A stretch of DNA of 64,000 nucleotides, taken from assembly GCA_030141605.1 (NCBI GenBank), contig JAQGDQ010000399.1, positions 124,001-188,000 on the forward strand, given 5' to 3'. A program made the position numbers and the translations under genes. The notes below the pieces were generated by a model. It was given only the letters and a program-made list of their open reading frames with translations. It had not been told where the DNA came from and did no database searches. Origin of the DNA: Tubiluchus corallicola. Lineage: Eukaryota; Animalia; Priapulida. Positions 13,800-28,866 of the stretch are shown here, one piece after another. Positions within the stretch are counted from its first letter, which is position 1, and the number at the start of each line of letters is the position of its first letter.

Positions 13800-14750
13800 A
13801 CAAAGAGGTACCTGCATATACATTCATACGCAAATATAGATATGTTGCTTATGCAAAAATTTGAGCGTTAAGCGAGGCTGGCATTACAGATTGGGAGCGT
13901 TATGAGGAGTTTTGACTGTACCCAAGTGAAAATTATCAAGGATATGACATAAGTTTAGTGACCAATGGAAGAGACACAGGAGTGATTCGTCTGTATTTTG
14001 TGGACGGTATGCAATTACGCCACTACCAATATTCACGTGACCATCAAGGGTTTCCGGTGGTCGAGGGTCAGTTTTTAGTTTTCCGTTGTAAATCTCTTGT
14101 ATAGTTTGCAGTGTAGAGTTAAGTAGCGCCAGCATATCATTCGTCCAAGTGCGTGTGAGCATGTTCAATATGCGTGTGAGCATGTTCAATGTGCGTGTGA
14201 GAACATTCAATATGCGTGTGAGCATGTTCAACATGCGCGTGAGCATGTTCAATATGCGTGTGAGCATGTTCAATATGCGTGTGAGCATGTTCAATATGCG
14301 TGTGAGCATGTTCAATATGCGTGTGAGCATGTTCAACATGCGTGTGAGCATGTTCAATATGCGTGTGAGCATGTTCAATATGCGTGCGAGCATGTTCAAT
14401 GTGTGCGCGAGCATGTTCAATATGCGTGTGAGCATGTTCTATGTGCGTGTGAGCATGTTCAATATGCGTGTGAGCATGTTCAATATGCGTGTGAGCATGT
14501 TCAATATGCGTGTGAGCATGTTCAATATGCGTGTGAGCATGTTCTATGTGCGTGTGAGCATGTTCAATATGCGTGTGAGCATGTTCTATGTGCGTGTGAG
14601 CATGTTCAATATGCGTGTGAGCATGTTCAATATGCGTGTGAGCATGTTCAATATGCGTGTGAGCATGTTCAATATGCGTGTGAGCATGTTCAATATGCGT
14701 GTGAGCATGTTCAATAATGTTGTGTATGACATGATAATACATTAAAACTG
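13800..14750 (-). mobile_element. Dispersed element carrying an internal 21-bp tandem array (inverted copy at 37460-38250)
   Basis: Unique flanks on both sides of the array align to 37460-38250 in reverse complement. Confidence 0.8.
14150..14714. repeat. 21-bp minisatellite (ATGCGTGTGAGCATGTTCAAT), ~27 copies
   Basis: Directly visible. Confidence 0.95.
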
Positions 14751-15317
14751 TGTTGATATGTTGGCTGTTATACATATACTTGAATCTCATAATTTTTAGC
14801 AGCATTTTGTGAGGCGATAACTGGTGATGTATCGTCTGGCTAGACTACCCTTCCTAGTCACATGATTACGTGTGTCATCTGGCTAGACTGTCCTTTCTAG
14901 TCACATCATTGCGTGTATCTGACACAAATACAGTTGCAAATTCATTATGAGTCAGGCAATTACCGTCTCAAGGGATTTAAACTCTAATGGACAAAAAGTC
15001 AACAGTCCAGTCACTGATGAAGCTGTTGAGAAACTGGAAAAACGTCCGCTAGGGGGCTGTTTAGCGATGAGTAAAATCACGATTGGAAAAAAGCACAGAA
15101 TTTGGGTCCTTAGTTTAATTATTGGCCTCGTTTAGGTAGAGGTAATCGTTGCTTTAATACCTTTTGCCGGGTGAAATAATGGTTTTAACATTTGAATATT
15201 TTCCGCGATGAGGATTAATTTCTTTAAAATGAGCTTTGCGTCTAAAATGAATACTTTGGTTCGAAACCCGGTTTCGTTTTCGGTGTTAGACTCTAACACT
15301 TTTAGGAGCTGCTATGT

Positions 15318-16160
<843 letters not shown>

Positions 16161-17075
16161 AGGTAAACTTGTCTTTCGACTGCCTCGTCTTCGGTTTTTT
16201 ATTTTCTATGTTTACTTTATAAAATGTTTACTTTCAGTTGATTTTTATTGGTTTTGCTTGATATATTTTTTGCTCTAAGTTGAATTCCGGTTTGATTTGC
16301 TTGTGATAACTTCTTTTTATTTTGAGTTGAATTGCGTTTTGCTTGACATATAATCATTTTGTTCCTTGCTAATTTTTGTTTGCTTTCTAGTTTTTGCTTG
16401 ATATGAGATATATTTATTATTTGTTTTTTTGTATTGCATCTTGATATTACTGTCTCTGTTTTTATCGTAAATTTATGCGTATAGTATAAATATTATTATT
16501 ATCAAAATGTAACTTTGTATTCAGTTTTCAAGTAAGTGCCGTTTACTATTTTTCCACTCTTTAAAAATCTGACTAGACTGAGTGATTAAGCTTAGACAAT
16601 ACCATTTTCTACTTCTCAGTATATAATCTCACACCAAATTTCTTTTTAATACGATAATGTTTATTTACATAATAAGCACCTAAGTAGTTTTCTGTGGCTG
16701 TAAGTAAACTTGTGTTTTCAATAAGCGGCAGCTGATCAAATGACCAACGGCTAGTCTTTCGCTGCTCCTTCTCAGTTACATTGAAATTGGCAAATAATCA
16801 TGTCAAATTTTTAACTATTATTGAGACGATAAAATTGAATTGAATTGAATTATATATAATGCTGCAGTGCAATATATTAATTGCCACTACACTCAAGTTT
16901 AAGAATAACGTAGCAGTTAGACGCGTTGACCGTGAATTCCATCATTCAGTGATGGTTTATTATTAAACTTTGTCACTGATGTCTTGTTGTGTACAAACGT
17001 TAGGGCAGAATGCCCGTAAAGTGAATCAATATTGACGGATATTGTCATTATAACTGCATTTAGCGTTTCAAGCTG

Positions 17076-18018
17076 TATAGAGAGTAGACTTACATTGTTA
17101 TAGAGAGTAGACTTACATTGTTATAGAGAGTAGACTTACATTGTTATAGAGAGTAGACTTACATTGTTATAGAGAGTAGACTTACATTGTTATAGAGAGT
17201 AGACTTACATTGTTATAGAGAGTAGACTTACATTGTTATAGAGAGTAGACTTACATTGTTATGGAGAGTAGACTTACATTGTTATAGAGAGTAGACTTAC
17301 ATTGTTGTAGAGACTAGACTTACATTGTTGTAGAGACTAGACTTACATTGTTATAGAGACTAGACTTACATTGTTGTAGAGACTAGTCTTACATTGTTGT
17401 AGAGAGTAGACTTACATTGTTATAGAGAGTAGTCTTACATTGTTATAGAGAGTAGACTTACATTGTTATAGAGAGTAGTCTTACATTGTTGTAGAGACTA
17501 GACTTACATTGTTGTAGAGACTAGACTTACATTGTTATAGAGAGTAGACTTACATTGTTGTAGAGACTAGACTTACATTGTTGTAGAGACTAGACTTACA
17601 TTGTTATAGAGAGTAGTCTTACATTGTTATAGAGACTAGATTTACATTGTTATAGAGAGTAGACTTACATTGTTGTAGAGACTAGACTTACATTGTTATA
17701 GAGAGTAGACTTACATTGTTGTAGAGACTAGACTTACATTGTTGTAGAGACTAGACTTACATTGTTGTAGAGACTAGACTTACATTGTTATAGAGAGTAG
17801 ACTTACATTGTTGTAGAGACTAGACTTACATTGTTATAGAGAGTAGACTTACATTGTTATAGAGAGTAGACTTACATTGTTATAGAGAGTAGACTTACAT
17901 TGTTGTAGAGACTAGACTTACATTGTTGTAGAGACTAGACTTACATTGTTATAGAGAGTAGACTTACATTGTTATAGAGACTAGACTTACATTGTTATAG
18001 AGAGTAGACTTACATTGT
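17076..18018. repeat. 23-bp minisatellite (TAGAGAGTAGACTTACATTGTTA), ~41 copies
   Basis: Directly visible. Confidence 0.95.
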
Positions 18019-18559
18019 TTATCTTATTACTGGTAAATTATTGTGCAAACAAGCGCCATTTGTGATGTGATGATTTTAGAAAAATTGTTAGTATGTGTTG
18101 TGTTTTTAAGAATCTTGAATCAAAAAACCAGGAGGACGAGTAAAGAACTACATAAGCCTTTGTAAAAAATCAATAAAAATTTCTTCCATAAAATAATTGC
18201 ATATACTATGAATGATACCAAGTTTTAAATTAAAAATAGAAAATTTGGAGATTTTAATGCATTTAAATAAAAAAGTTCAAATTTTCTTAAGTAAAAATAT
18301 AATTTATCCTTTTTGTTTTTATTTGGCTTAAAAACTGTTGAATTTTTTCCTGACATTTCACTTAATTTTCTCACTCAAGGCCTGAATTCATATATCTTTG
18401 TTGACAATACAATCTTACTAAACAAACAAACAAATAAACGAATAAACAAAAGCAATCTAAACTATATTGACATCTAATTGTTTTTATTTTGATAATATAT
18501 CATCATCATCTCATTAACTCTTCATTGTCGTTTCCTTATCCTTACTACGACCCTTGCAT

Positions 18560-19460
<901 letters not shown>

Positions 19461-19917
19461 CATTTTTTTATTTTGTACATTTTACGTTTTCTCTTTCCAT
19501 TTTAAAAACTTCTGCTCAATGTTGTACAAGTTTAACCTGAACTGATATATGAATATGAATATCGGATGAACTTAAACTTTGTTTTGATTTGCAGTAGTAA
19601 CAGCTTGTTTTGTAAAGTTGTGTAACAATGTACTATTCGTGGCATTTTGGAAATAAAATCAGCATAAGCGCATAGCATAAAACGTTTATCTCTTTAACTC
19701 TCTCAGTAAAGTACAAAAATGTTTCTAGTTTACTAGTAAATTTATATACAAATTTGGTGAAAATTCTCAGCATTTAAAAAGGGCTGAGCTTTATTATGTC
19801 CACCCTGTAATATACTGTTAATTGCGGTGCGTTAGATCATTACGTAACTATTTAAAAAAAATTCACTCTTTAAGGCTCACTCAAGGTCGTAATTACATAT
19901 TATGTTTTCCTTTCTCA

Positions 19918-21670
19918 ACTTTCAGGTTTGTTGCTCTTATACCATTTAATATTATTACATCATTTACTTCATCCTTATTTACATTAAATTATCTACAGAA
20001 GCATGCATAACTATAATCATTATTTCATTTAAGTAAGGTGAGTGTGTTAATGACCGTATGGTCGTACACTCACCTCGCACTACTCAAATTATTACATCAT
20101 TTACTTCATCCTTATTTACATTAAGTTATCTACAGAAGCATGCATAACTATAATCATTTTTCATTTAAGTAAGGTGAGTGTGTTAATGACCGTATGGTCG
20201 TACACTCACCTCGCACTACTCAAATTATTACATCATTTACTTCATCCTTATTTACATTAAGTTATCTACAGAAGCATGCATAACTATAATCATTTTTCAT
20301 TTAAGTAAGGTGAGTGTGTTAATGACCGTATGGTCGTACACTCACCTCGCACTACTCAAATTATTACATCATTTACTTCATCCTTATTTACATTAAGTTA
20401 TCTACAGAAGCATGCATAACTATAATCATTTTTTCATTTAAGTAAGGTGAGTGTGTTAATGACCGTATGGTCGTACACTCACCTCGCACTACTCAAATTA
20501 TTACATCATTTACTTCATCCTTATTTACATTAAGTTATCTACAGAAGCATGCATAACTATAATCATTTTTTATTTAAGTAAGGTGAGTGCGTTAATGACC
20601 GTATGGTCGTACACTCACCTCGCACTACTCAAATTATTACATCATTTACTTCATCCTTATTTACATTAAGTTATCTACAGAAGCATGCATAACTATAATC
20701 ATTTTTTCATTTAAGTAAGGTGAGTGTGTTAATGACCGTATGGTCGTACACTCACCTCGCACTACTCAAATTATTACATCATTTACTTCATCCTTATTTA
20801 CATTAAGTTATCTACAGAAGCATGCATAACTATAATCATTTTTTCATTTAAGTAAGGTGAGTGTGTTAATGACTGTGTGGTCGTACACTCACCTTGCACT
20901 ACTCAAATTATTACATCATTTACTTCATCCTTATTTACATTAAGTTATCTACAGAAGCATGCATAACTATAATCATTTTTTATTTAAGTAAGGTGAGTGT
21001 GTTAATGACCGTATGGTCGTACACTCACCTCGCACTAGTCAAATTATTACATCATTTACTTCATCCTTATTTACATTAAGTTATCTACAGAAGCATGCAT
21101 AACTATAATCATTTTTTATTTAAGTAAGGTGAGTGTGTTAATGACCGTATGGTCGTACACTCACCTCGCACTAGTCAAATTATTACATCATTTACTTCAT
21201 CCTTATTTACATTAAGTTATCTACAGAAGCATGCATAACTATAATCATTTTTTCATTTAAGTAAGGTGAGTGTGTTAATGACTGTGTGGTCGTACACTCA
21301 CCTTGCACTACTCAAATTATTACATCATTTACTTCATCCTTATTTACATTAAGTTATCTACAGAAGCATGCATAACTATAATCATTTTTTATTTAAGTAA
21401 GGTGAGTGTGTTAATGACCGTATGGTCGTACACTCACCTCGCACTAGTCAAATTATTACATCATTTACTTCATCCTTAGTTACATTAAGTTATCTACAGA
21501 AGCATGCATAACTATAATCATTTTTTCATTTAAGTAAGGTGAGTGTGTTAAAGACCGTATGGTCGTACACTCACCTCGCACTACTCAAATCATTTTATTT
21601 AAAGTTTATTAATGTGTTTGATATTGTATTTTTTGATGTGTGAAAATAAATTCATAGGTCATAGGTCATA
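19918..21670 (+). repeat. 136/137-bp tandem array (12 units) embedded in a LINE-3'UTR-like dispersed repeat
   Basis: Units directly visible; the same left and right flanks occur at 47500-47875 (about 2 units) and a degenerate single-unit version lies at 36955-37110; ends AATAAA + (TCATAGG)n. Confidence 0.9.
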
Positions 21671-21727
21671 GTACGTCATCTTAATGTTGTTTTAATGTCA
21701 TCTTAATGTCGCAATCCGTGTTTTTAG

Positions 21728-21873
21728 GATTATCATGTAATACTGGTCTATAGTGAACAAGCTGGAAGTTTGGTTTATGATCTGGATTCACTTTTGCCGT
21801 TTCCGTATTCATTTCGAAAATACGCATCTCAGACATTCAAATCAGATCTGCTTCTCTTACCCCCCTATCACAG
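21728..21873 (+). CDS. NTAQ1: Protein N-terminal glutamine amidohydrolase, internal exon (DYHV exon)
   Basis: ttttag|GAT...CACAG|gtatgt; DYHVILVYSEQAGSLVYDLDSLLPFPYSFRKYASQTFKSDLLLLPPYHR matches WDYHV1 (W)DYHV...IYDLDTVLPFP. Confidence 0.93.
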
Positions 21874-22042
21874 GTATGTCTCTTACCCCCCTATCACAGG
21901 TATGACATTTTAGCTCATTAGTGATTTTTTTTCTAGGATATTTATTGTAAATGACTGTTTGCGAACTGCCAAACACTGGCCAGTAGCATTTTTTCTTTAT
22001 TTTATCAGGTATAAATGTTTTAGATATAGATATAGTTTAAAG

Positions 22043-22976
22043 TTATTGTTGGCATGCTTCTGTCTCGGAAGACAATGGAGTGTGCGCCAAGAGAGTCAGT
22101 TACGTAAAATAATAATAAAATTATCATTATGCCAGGAAAAATACGCATACCAACTACAAAGTTAAAATTTTGTTAGCAATTATAATGCAGCGTCGAATTA
22201 CATTGTTACTTACGTTTTATCACGTTATGAAATTTCGAATTATTCAAATAAAAAAGTTTGACTTTTAACTTTGCAAAGCTTTTCAAGGTAAACAAAGTGC
22301 CTACTACAAAAATGATACTATATGTATATTAATTATTGCTGACATGCCTTAGCGTTTCAATCAATGTCACCAGTTTCTCCCTATATATATATATATATGA
22401 TAAATATTTTGTCACAGGGAGAAACTGATTACAAAAGCTTTGGGTTACACATTCGCCATTAACTGTCCAGAAGAGTTCACAGCACATAAAATCAATTTCA
22501 TTAACATTGATGGAGCTGCAGCGTCGACTGTGGCTGAGCAGTGCGATCCTTGAACGTCTCCAGGGCGCACGCCTGGGCAAGGTGTTTGGAGATCCTGTGT
22601 TGCCCAGACCGCAGGAACCCCCTCTCTTCCTCCCTGGTGTAGTCCAAAGGAAAGCGGGGCGATACGTTTGGCACCAGGTTGGCTGCAGGAGCTGCAGGAG
22701 TCAGTGAGCATGCTGTACTGATCCGCCTTCAGGGCTGCACTCCTGATTTGGAAGGTTTACTCCTCTACACATGGCCGTTGGGTCACTTGACCTCCTCCAC
22801 CCTCTAGCCGTTGGCTGCTTGTGCCGCTCCTCCGCCTAGTGTCGAGATACAATGTGGGCATCCCGCAAACCTACAGCACCTAGGCGGTCGCCCATCCAAG
22901 TACTAACCAGGCTCTGCGTTGCTTAACTTCGGTGATCAGACGAGAACCGGTGTTTTCAACGTGATATGGCCGTAGT
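22043..22976 (-). mobile_element. 5S rRNA-derived SINE (SINE3-type) with RTE-like tail, copy 1, interrupted by a ~400-bp insertion
   Basis: 5S-like head 22868-22976 (with a 9-bp deletion); body near-identical to 42903-43454; tail ...CCATTGTCTTCCGAGACAGAAGCATGCCAACAA; possible TSD tttaaag/tttaagg. Confidence 0.9.
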
Positions 22977-23387
22977 TTTAAGGATGGATATGGATATCCA
23001 TATATGAGCGTAGATATATATGTAGACGTAAATGTACTTGTCGACATAATAGATACAGATGTAGATAGTAGACATCAATGCATTAATAGTACTTACTAAA
23101 TAGCCACTTTATAGTTTACACCTAACAACTATTGTGACACGTTTCAAGCAGCAGTGCTTCATTGTCTCGTGTTTTTGTTTCTTGATGAAGCATCTTTCTT
23201 TTTGTTTTATGAAAACATGGCTGTTGTCCTTAGTTATACGAAAGTTGACTTTTGATCTTTTGGAACCACGTCTTTCATCTTTTTTGGTTCTTGAAACGTA
23301 ACTTTTCTTTCTTTGGAAACATCACTTTTGTCTTTTTTATTTCATTTCTCCAGAGTACAAATTTTTGAAACGGTATTGATTTTGTAG

Positions 23388-23509
23388 AAAATTTCGAGCA
23401 GTTTCAGCTCAAATGTACTTGGGCACATTTGCATCGGACAGGACGCATATGATCCGCGATGGCCGCTACATGATGGAGCCACCTACCTACCCCTGCATAC
23501 AAACATCTG
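23388..23509 (+). CDS. NTAQ1: NTAQ1 internal exon
   Basis: tttgtag|A AAA...TCT G|gtaagg; KFRAVSAQMYLGTFASDRTHMIRDGRYMMEPPTYPCIQTS matches WDYHV1 RKFRV..YLKNFASDRSHM...PPPYPCI; phases 2 to 1 are compatible with the neighbouring exons. Confidence 0.93.
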
Positions 23510-23573
23510 GTAAGGTTCTTCACGTCCTCACATATTTCATTTTTTACTATTATTTATCATAAATGATATTATT

Positions 23574-24267
23574 GGGCGCCGAGTAACCCACTAGCCGAAG
23601 TAGGACAATTGGCGTACATGGGCTGCCCAAGTACGACACTAGAAACAGGTCGCGAATTGAGTCGTTAAGCGTACTGTCCGTTGTCCTTGTTTATGGAATA
23701 ATAATAATTAAAAACGTCAATATACGTTAAACAATTTATTATACATCTGATAAAATGAAATTTTTTTATTCTGAGCTAGAAGAATTAATACTTGCCAATA
23801 TTAATCTTCTTTAAAGTGAAATAGCACTCTTTTCAGGCGATCCAACATTTGTTTAAGGTATATCATTTTTTGTCTCGCTGCACAGACAGGTGACCCGTTT
23901 CACTACCTCTTGGACAAATAATTGTTTTCTACTAAGTAAACGGGTTAGCGAGTTATGTGCCCTACATAGTTTCTCTCTTTAAAGCATTAGATACTTAGTT
24001 TACTGTTATGATGATATTAATGGAACTAATAATAGTGATGATATTGTTGTAAAAAATACATTTGTAAATTGTCAAAGACTATCCATCATTGTTATAAAGT
24101 TACTTCTTTTCTAAAACAAATTTACTTTTATGTTTTTGTATGTCATAAATCTTGATTCTCGACAGAAATCGCTAGTGTCCTATTTGGGCTGCCCGTGTAC
24201 GACACTGCTTTAGCACACGGGTTTTGCCGGAAGTGTCCTACTTCGGCTAGTGGGTTACTCGGCGCCC
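23574..24267. mobile_element. MITE with a 34-bp perfect TIR and subterminal repeats
   Basis: GGGCGCCGAGTAACCCACTAGCCGAAGTAGGACA ... TGTCCTACTTCGGCTAGTGGGTTACTCGGCGCCC; no clear TSD, superfamily unassigned. Confidence 0.85.
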
Positions 24268-25710
24268 TACAATATATCATATTAGTACTTGCAGACAAAC
24301 CACATGTTCACATGCTCTGATGACTAGGGGTGAGTGATTCGAAGGGTCGAATTCGATTCAAATGAGTTTTTTTAGTTCGAATTCAATTTGAACCTGAAAT
24401 TATAGATTCGAATGATTCCGCACTTCAGCCACGTACGTTCTTTATCATCAAAATGTTTGAAGCAGCAAGCAATTAGCGCAATTTAGCTGCAGTTTCTGCA
24501 CAACATTTTTAACAAACTATTAGTGGTTTTCTGCAGAACAAAATCAAGTACTGTGCATGATCTTTGTAAGACCACTTTTTACTAGTGGTTCCAAAACTTG
24601 TTTGAAAACCTTTTAAAACTCAATTCGAATTCGAAATACTGAAATTTGGTTTGATTCAAATCCGAAAGTCACAAATTTGATTTGAAGTCGCTTTCTGGTA
24701 GAGAATGCTCACTGTTACACGTTACAATAATATTAGCAACCAGACAAATGCGTGCATAATAAAGTAGCATTTATTAAACTAATTAGGAATTTAAACAAAG
24801 AAAATCAGAGCAGCATGACAGTCTAGAATGCAGAACACTGCTAAGCAATCACCAAGATCTTTGATCTACACAAACCATATCTATGGTATTGGTACACTCA
24901 CCCGTACTGATGACTGATCTAGTTTCTACAGTGTGCATATGAACAAGAACGCCTCTAGAAAGCACCTGTAGGCCTTTTAAAAGTGTGGTGCTGAAAATTT
25001 TGTTTGTTGGAAGCTAAACTGTTATTGGTAAATTGTCTTTTATAGCATTAATAGTTTGCCATTCATACTTTCATAAGTTTTTGTTGTTTAAGTCAAATGA
25101 TCGCATGCTGTATGTAGTTCTGTTCATTTCTGTCTGCTGCTCTAGGAACCATATTGTATCCAAATTATAATTGATTACTGCATCATTGCTAGGCGACTGC
25201 TATCCCTTATTGGGTGTTTTAGATCATTTACACATAAATTATTGACTCTGTTGCTCCATCTCTTTGTCATTATTTTCTAGGCAACTGGACTGTGGTCATT
25301 TAGCTTGTGTTTGGGCATATGCCACTGTTGCTGTTTGTGAAAAACCTTTCTCTTGCTTATAACAGTTTGGTGCTAATTTGCATAAATTGTCACAAACAAT
25401 TTACTTTAAAAAGAGTGTAATTTGGCATTCGATGTTAAATTCAGCAAAAATTGTGTCCACGTACCAGAATTTTACATTGATCGAGCATGGAACAGAATTT
25501 CCCATATTACCAAATACCAATAGTTGCTCTCAATACAAGTAATCCATCATCTGAATAAATCAAAATGGCTGCAGAGGGAGGTGTGAAAGAATGTACCCTC
25601 ATTAAATTATCCATACATTATTATCTTATCTATCATTGTTACAGTAATAGTAATACTAAAGTTTATTCAGCTTCATGAACTTATTACAGTAGTTAAGATG
25701 TTAGTGCGAC

Positions 25711-28150
25711 GTGATGAAAGACCATACGGTCACCCAGTCAGTCACCTCTGATTGGATGCATATGATACAGATAAATACGAGCGGAGGTGATGAAAGACCA
25801 TACGGTCACCCAGTCAGTCACCTCTGATTGGATGCATATGTTACAGATAAATACGGGCAGAGGTGATGAAAGACCATACGGTCACCCAGTCAGTCACCTC
25901 TGATTGGATGCATATGATACAGATAAATACGGGCGGAGGTGATGAAAGACCATACGGTCACCCAGTCAGTCACCTCTGATTGGATGCATATGATACAGAT
26001 AAATACGAGCGGAGGTGATGAAAGACCATGTGGTCACCCAGTCAGTCACCTCTGATTGGATGCATATGATACAGATAAATACGAGCAGAAGTGATGAAAG
26101 ACCATACGGTCACCCAGTCAGTCACCTCTGATTGGATGCATATGATACAGATAAATACGAGCGGAGGTGATGAAAGACCATACGGTCACCCAGTCAGTCA
26201 CCTCTGATTGGATGCATATGATACAGATAAATACGAGCGGAGGTGATGAAAGACCATACGGTCACCCAGTCAGTCACCTCTGATTGGATGCATATGATAC
26301 AGATAAATACGGGCAGAAGTGATGAAAGACCATACGGTCACCCAGTCAGTCACCTCTGATTAGATGCATATGTTACAGATAAATACGAGCGGAGGTGATG
26401 AAAGACCATATGGTCACCCAGTCAGTCACCTCTGATTGGATGCATATGATACAGATAAATACGAGCAGAGGTGATGAAAGACCATGTGGTCACCCAGTCA
26501 GTCACCTCTGATTAGATGCATATGATACAGATAAATACGGGCAGAGGTGATGAAAGACCATATGGTCACCCAGTCAGTCACCTCTGATTAGATGCATATG
26601 TTACAGATAAATACGGGCAGAGGTGATGAAAGACCATGTGGTCACCCAGTCAGTCACCTCTGATTGGATGCATATGATACAGATAAATACGGGCAGAGGT
26701 GATGAAAGACCATGTGGTCACCCAGTCAGTCACCTCTGATTAGATGCATATGATACAGATAAATACGAGCGGAGGTGATGAAAGACCATATGGTCACCCA
26801 GTCAGTCACCTCTGATTGGATGCATATGATACAGATAAATACGAGCGGAGGTGATGAAAGACCATGTGGTCACCCAGTCAGTCACCTCTGATTAGATGCA
26901 TATGATACAGATAAATACGAGCGGAGGTGATGAAAGACCATATGGTCACCCAGTCAGTCACCTCTGATTGGATGCATATGATACAGATAAATACGAGCGG
27001 AGGTGATGAAAGACCATACGGTCACCCAGTCAGTCACCTCTGATTAGATGCATATGATACAGATAAATACGAGCAGAAGTGATGAAAGACCATGTGGTCA
27101 CCCAGTCAGTCACTTCTGATTAGATGCATATGATACAGATAAATACGAGCAGAAGTGATGAAAGACCATGTGGTCACCCAGTCAGTCACCTCTGATTAGA
27201 AGCATATGATGCAGATAAATACGAGCGGAGGTGATGAAAGACCATACGGTCACCCAGTCAGTCACCTCTGATTAGATGCATATGATACAGATAAATACGA
27301 GCAGAGGTGATGAAAGACCATACGGTCACCCAGTCAGTCACCTCTGATTAGATGCATATGATACAGATAAATACGAGCGGAGGTGATGAAAGACCATATG
27401 GTCACCCAGTCAGTCACCTCTGATTGGATGCATATGATACAGATAAATACGGGCAGAAGTGATGAAAGACCATATGGTCACCCAGTCAGTCACCTCTGAT
27501 TGGATGCATATGATGCAGATAAATACGAGCGGAGGTGATGAAAGACCATACGGTCACCCAGTCAGTCACCTCTGATTGGATGCATATGATACAGATAAAT
27601 ACGAGCAGAGGTGATGAAAGACCATGTGGTCACCCAGTCAGTCACCTCTGATTGGATGCATATGATACAGATAAATACGAGCGGAGGTGATGAAAGACCA
27701 TACGGTCACCCAGTCAGTCACCTCTGATTAGAAGCATATGTTACAGATAAATACGAGCGGAGGTGATGAAAGATCATACGGTCACCCAGTCAGTCACGAG
27801 CGGAAGTGATGAAAGACCATACGGTCACCCAGTCAGTCACCTCTGATTGGATGCATATGATACAGATAAATACGAGCAGAGGTGATGAAAGACCATACGG
27901 TCACCCAGTCAGTCACCTCTGATTAGATGCATATGATACAGATAAATACGAGCAGAGGTGATCAAAGACCATGTGGTCACCCAGTCAGTCACCTCTGATT
28001 GGATGCATATGATACAGATAAATACGGGCAGAGGTGATGAAAGACCATGTGGTCACCCAGTCAGTCACCTCTGATTGGATGCATATGATACAGATAAATA
28101 CGGGCAGAGGTGATGAAAGACCATGTGGTCACCCAGTCAGTCACCTCTCA
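25711..28150. repeat. 76-bp tandem array, ~32 copies, in the last NTAQ1 intron
   Basis: Unit GTGATGAAAGACCATACGGTCACCCAGTCAGTCACCTCTGATTGGATGCATATGATACAGATAAATACGAGCGGAG. Confidence 0.95.
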
Positions 28151-28485
28151 TTAGATGTTAGTGACATTAACATTGTGCTAGTAGCAATTAATCAAAGTCT
28201 TAATTACATTAATAATTCATAAAAAGGCAAACATGTCTATATACGTACATAACCTACGCGCATACTTATACACATCAATTGAGAATGAGATTAGATAATG
28301 TAGTGATAATAATAAAAAGAGTGAGAAAAATAATAGAGTTTTAACAGAAATTTGTGGGGGGGATGTTAAAGGAATAAAATTGAAGGATGAAATGTCAAAA
28401 TCTTAAACCAAAGACTGTAAGGACAGAGCTAATTTGGAGTGCTTAAATGACTTTTTAGATTTTTGAGTATATTGAATAGGTACAT

Positions 28486-28617
<132 letters not shown>

Positions 28618-28866
28618 ACATATTTTACATAAGTGAAGTAAAGTGAAGTGATGTTTAGTAATTGTAAGTTCTCAACTATATGATTGAAGTAATTTGTTTC
28701 TATATTTTTGAGTAAATTGAGTAGGTATATAACATATTTTACATAAAGAAAGTGATGTTTAGTAATTGCAAGTAATTAACCATGTGACTGAAGTAATTTG
28801 TTTCTATATTTTAATATTATTATCGTAATGGATGTAGAGAGTTTCACAACTGAGTTTAGCGTGAAA

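Noticed and set aside
12481-14805. Long ORFs (450, 255, 222, 198 aa)
   Set aside because: Produced by stop-free 42-bp and 21-bp minisatellite units open in several frames; no domain content
17998-18032. Possible NTAQ1 5' mini-exon (RVDLHCLSYYC|gtaaat) at the end of the 23-bp array
   Set aside because: Only weak resemblance to YxSCYC, and no downstream EEN exon was found; not supportable without RNA data
22445-22711. ORFs of 66-121 aa repeated at 42812-43210 and 43945-44145
   Set aside because: They are translations of the GC-rich SINE body
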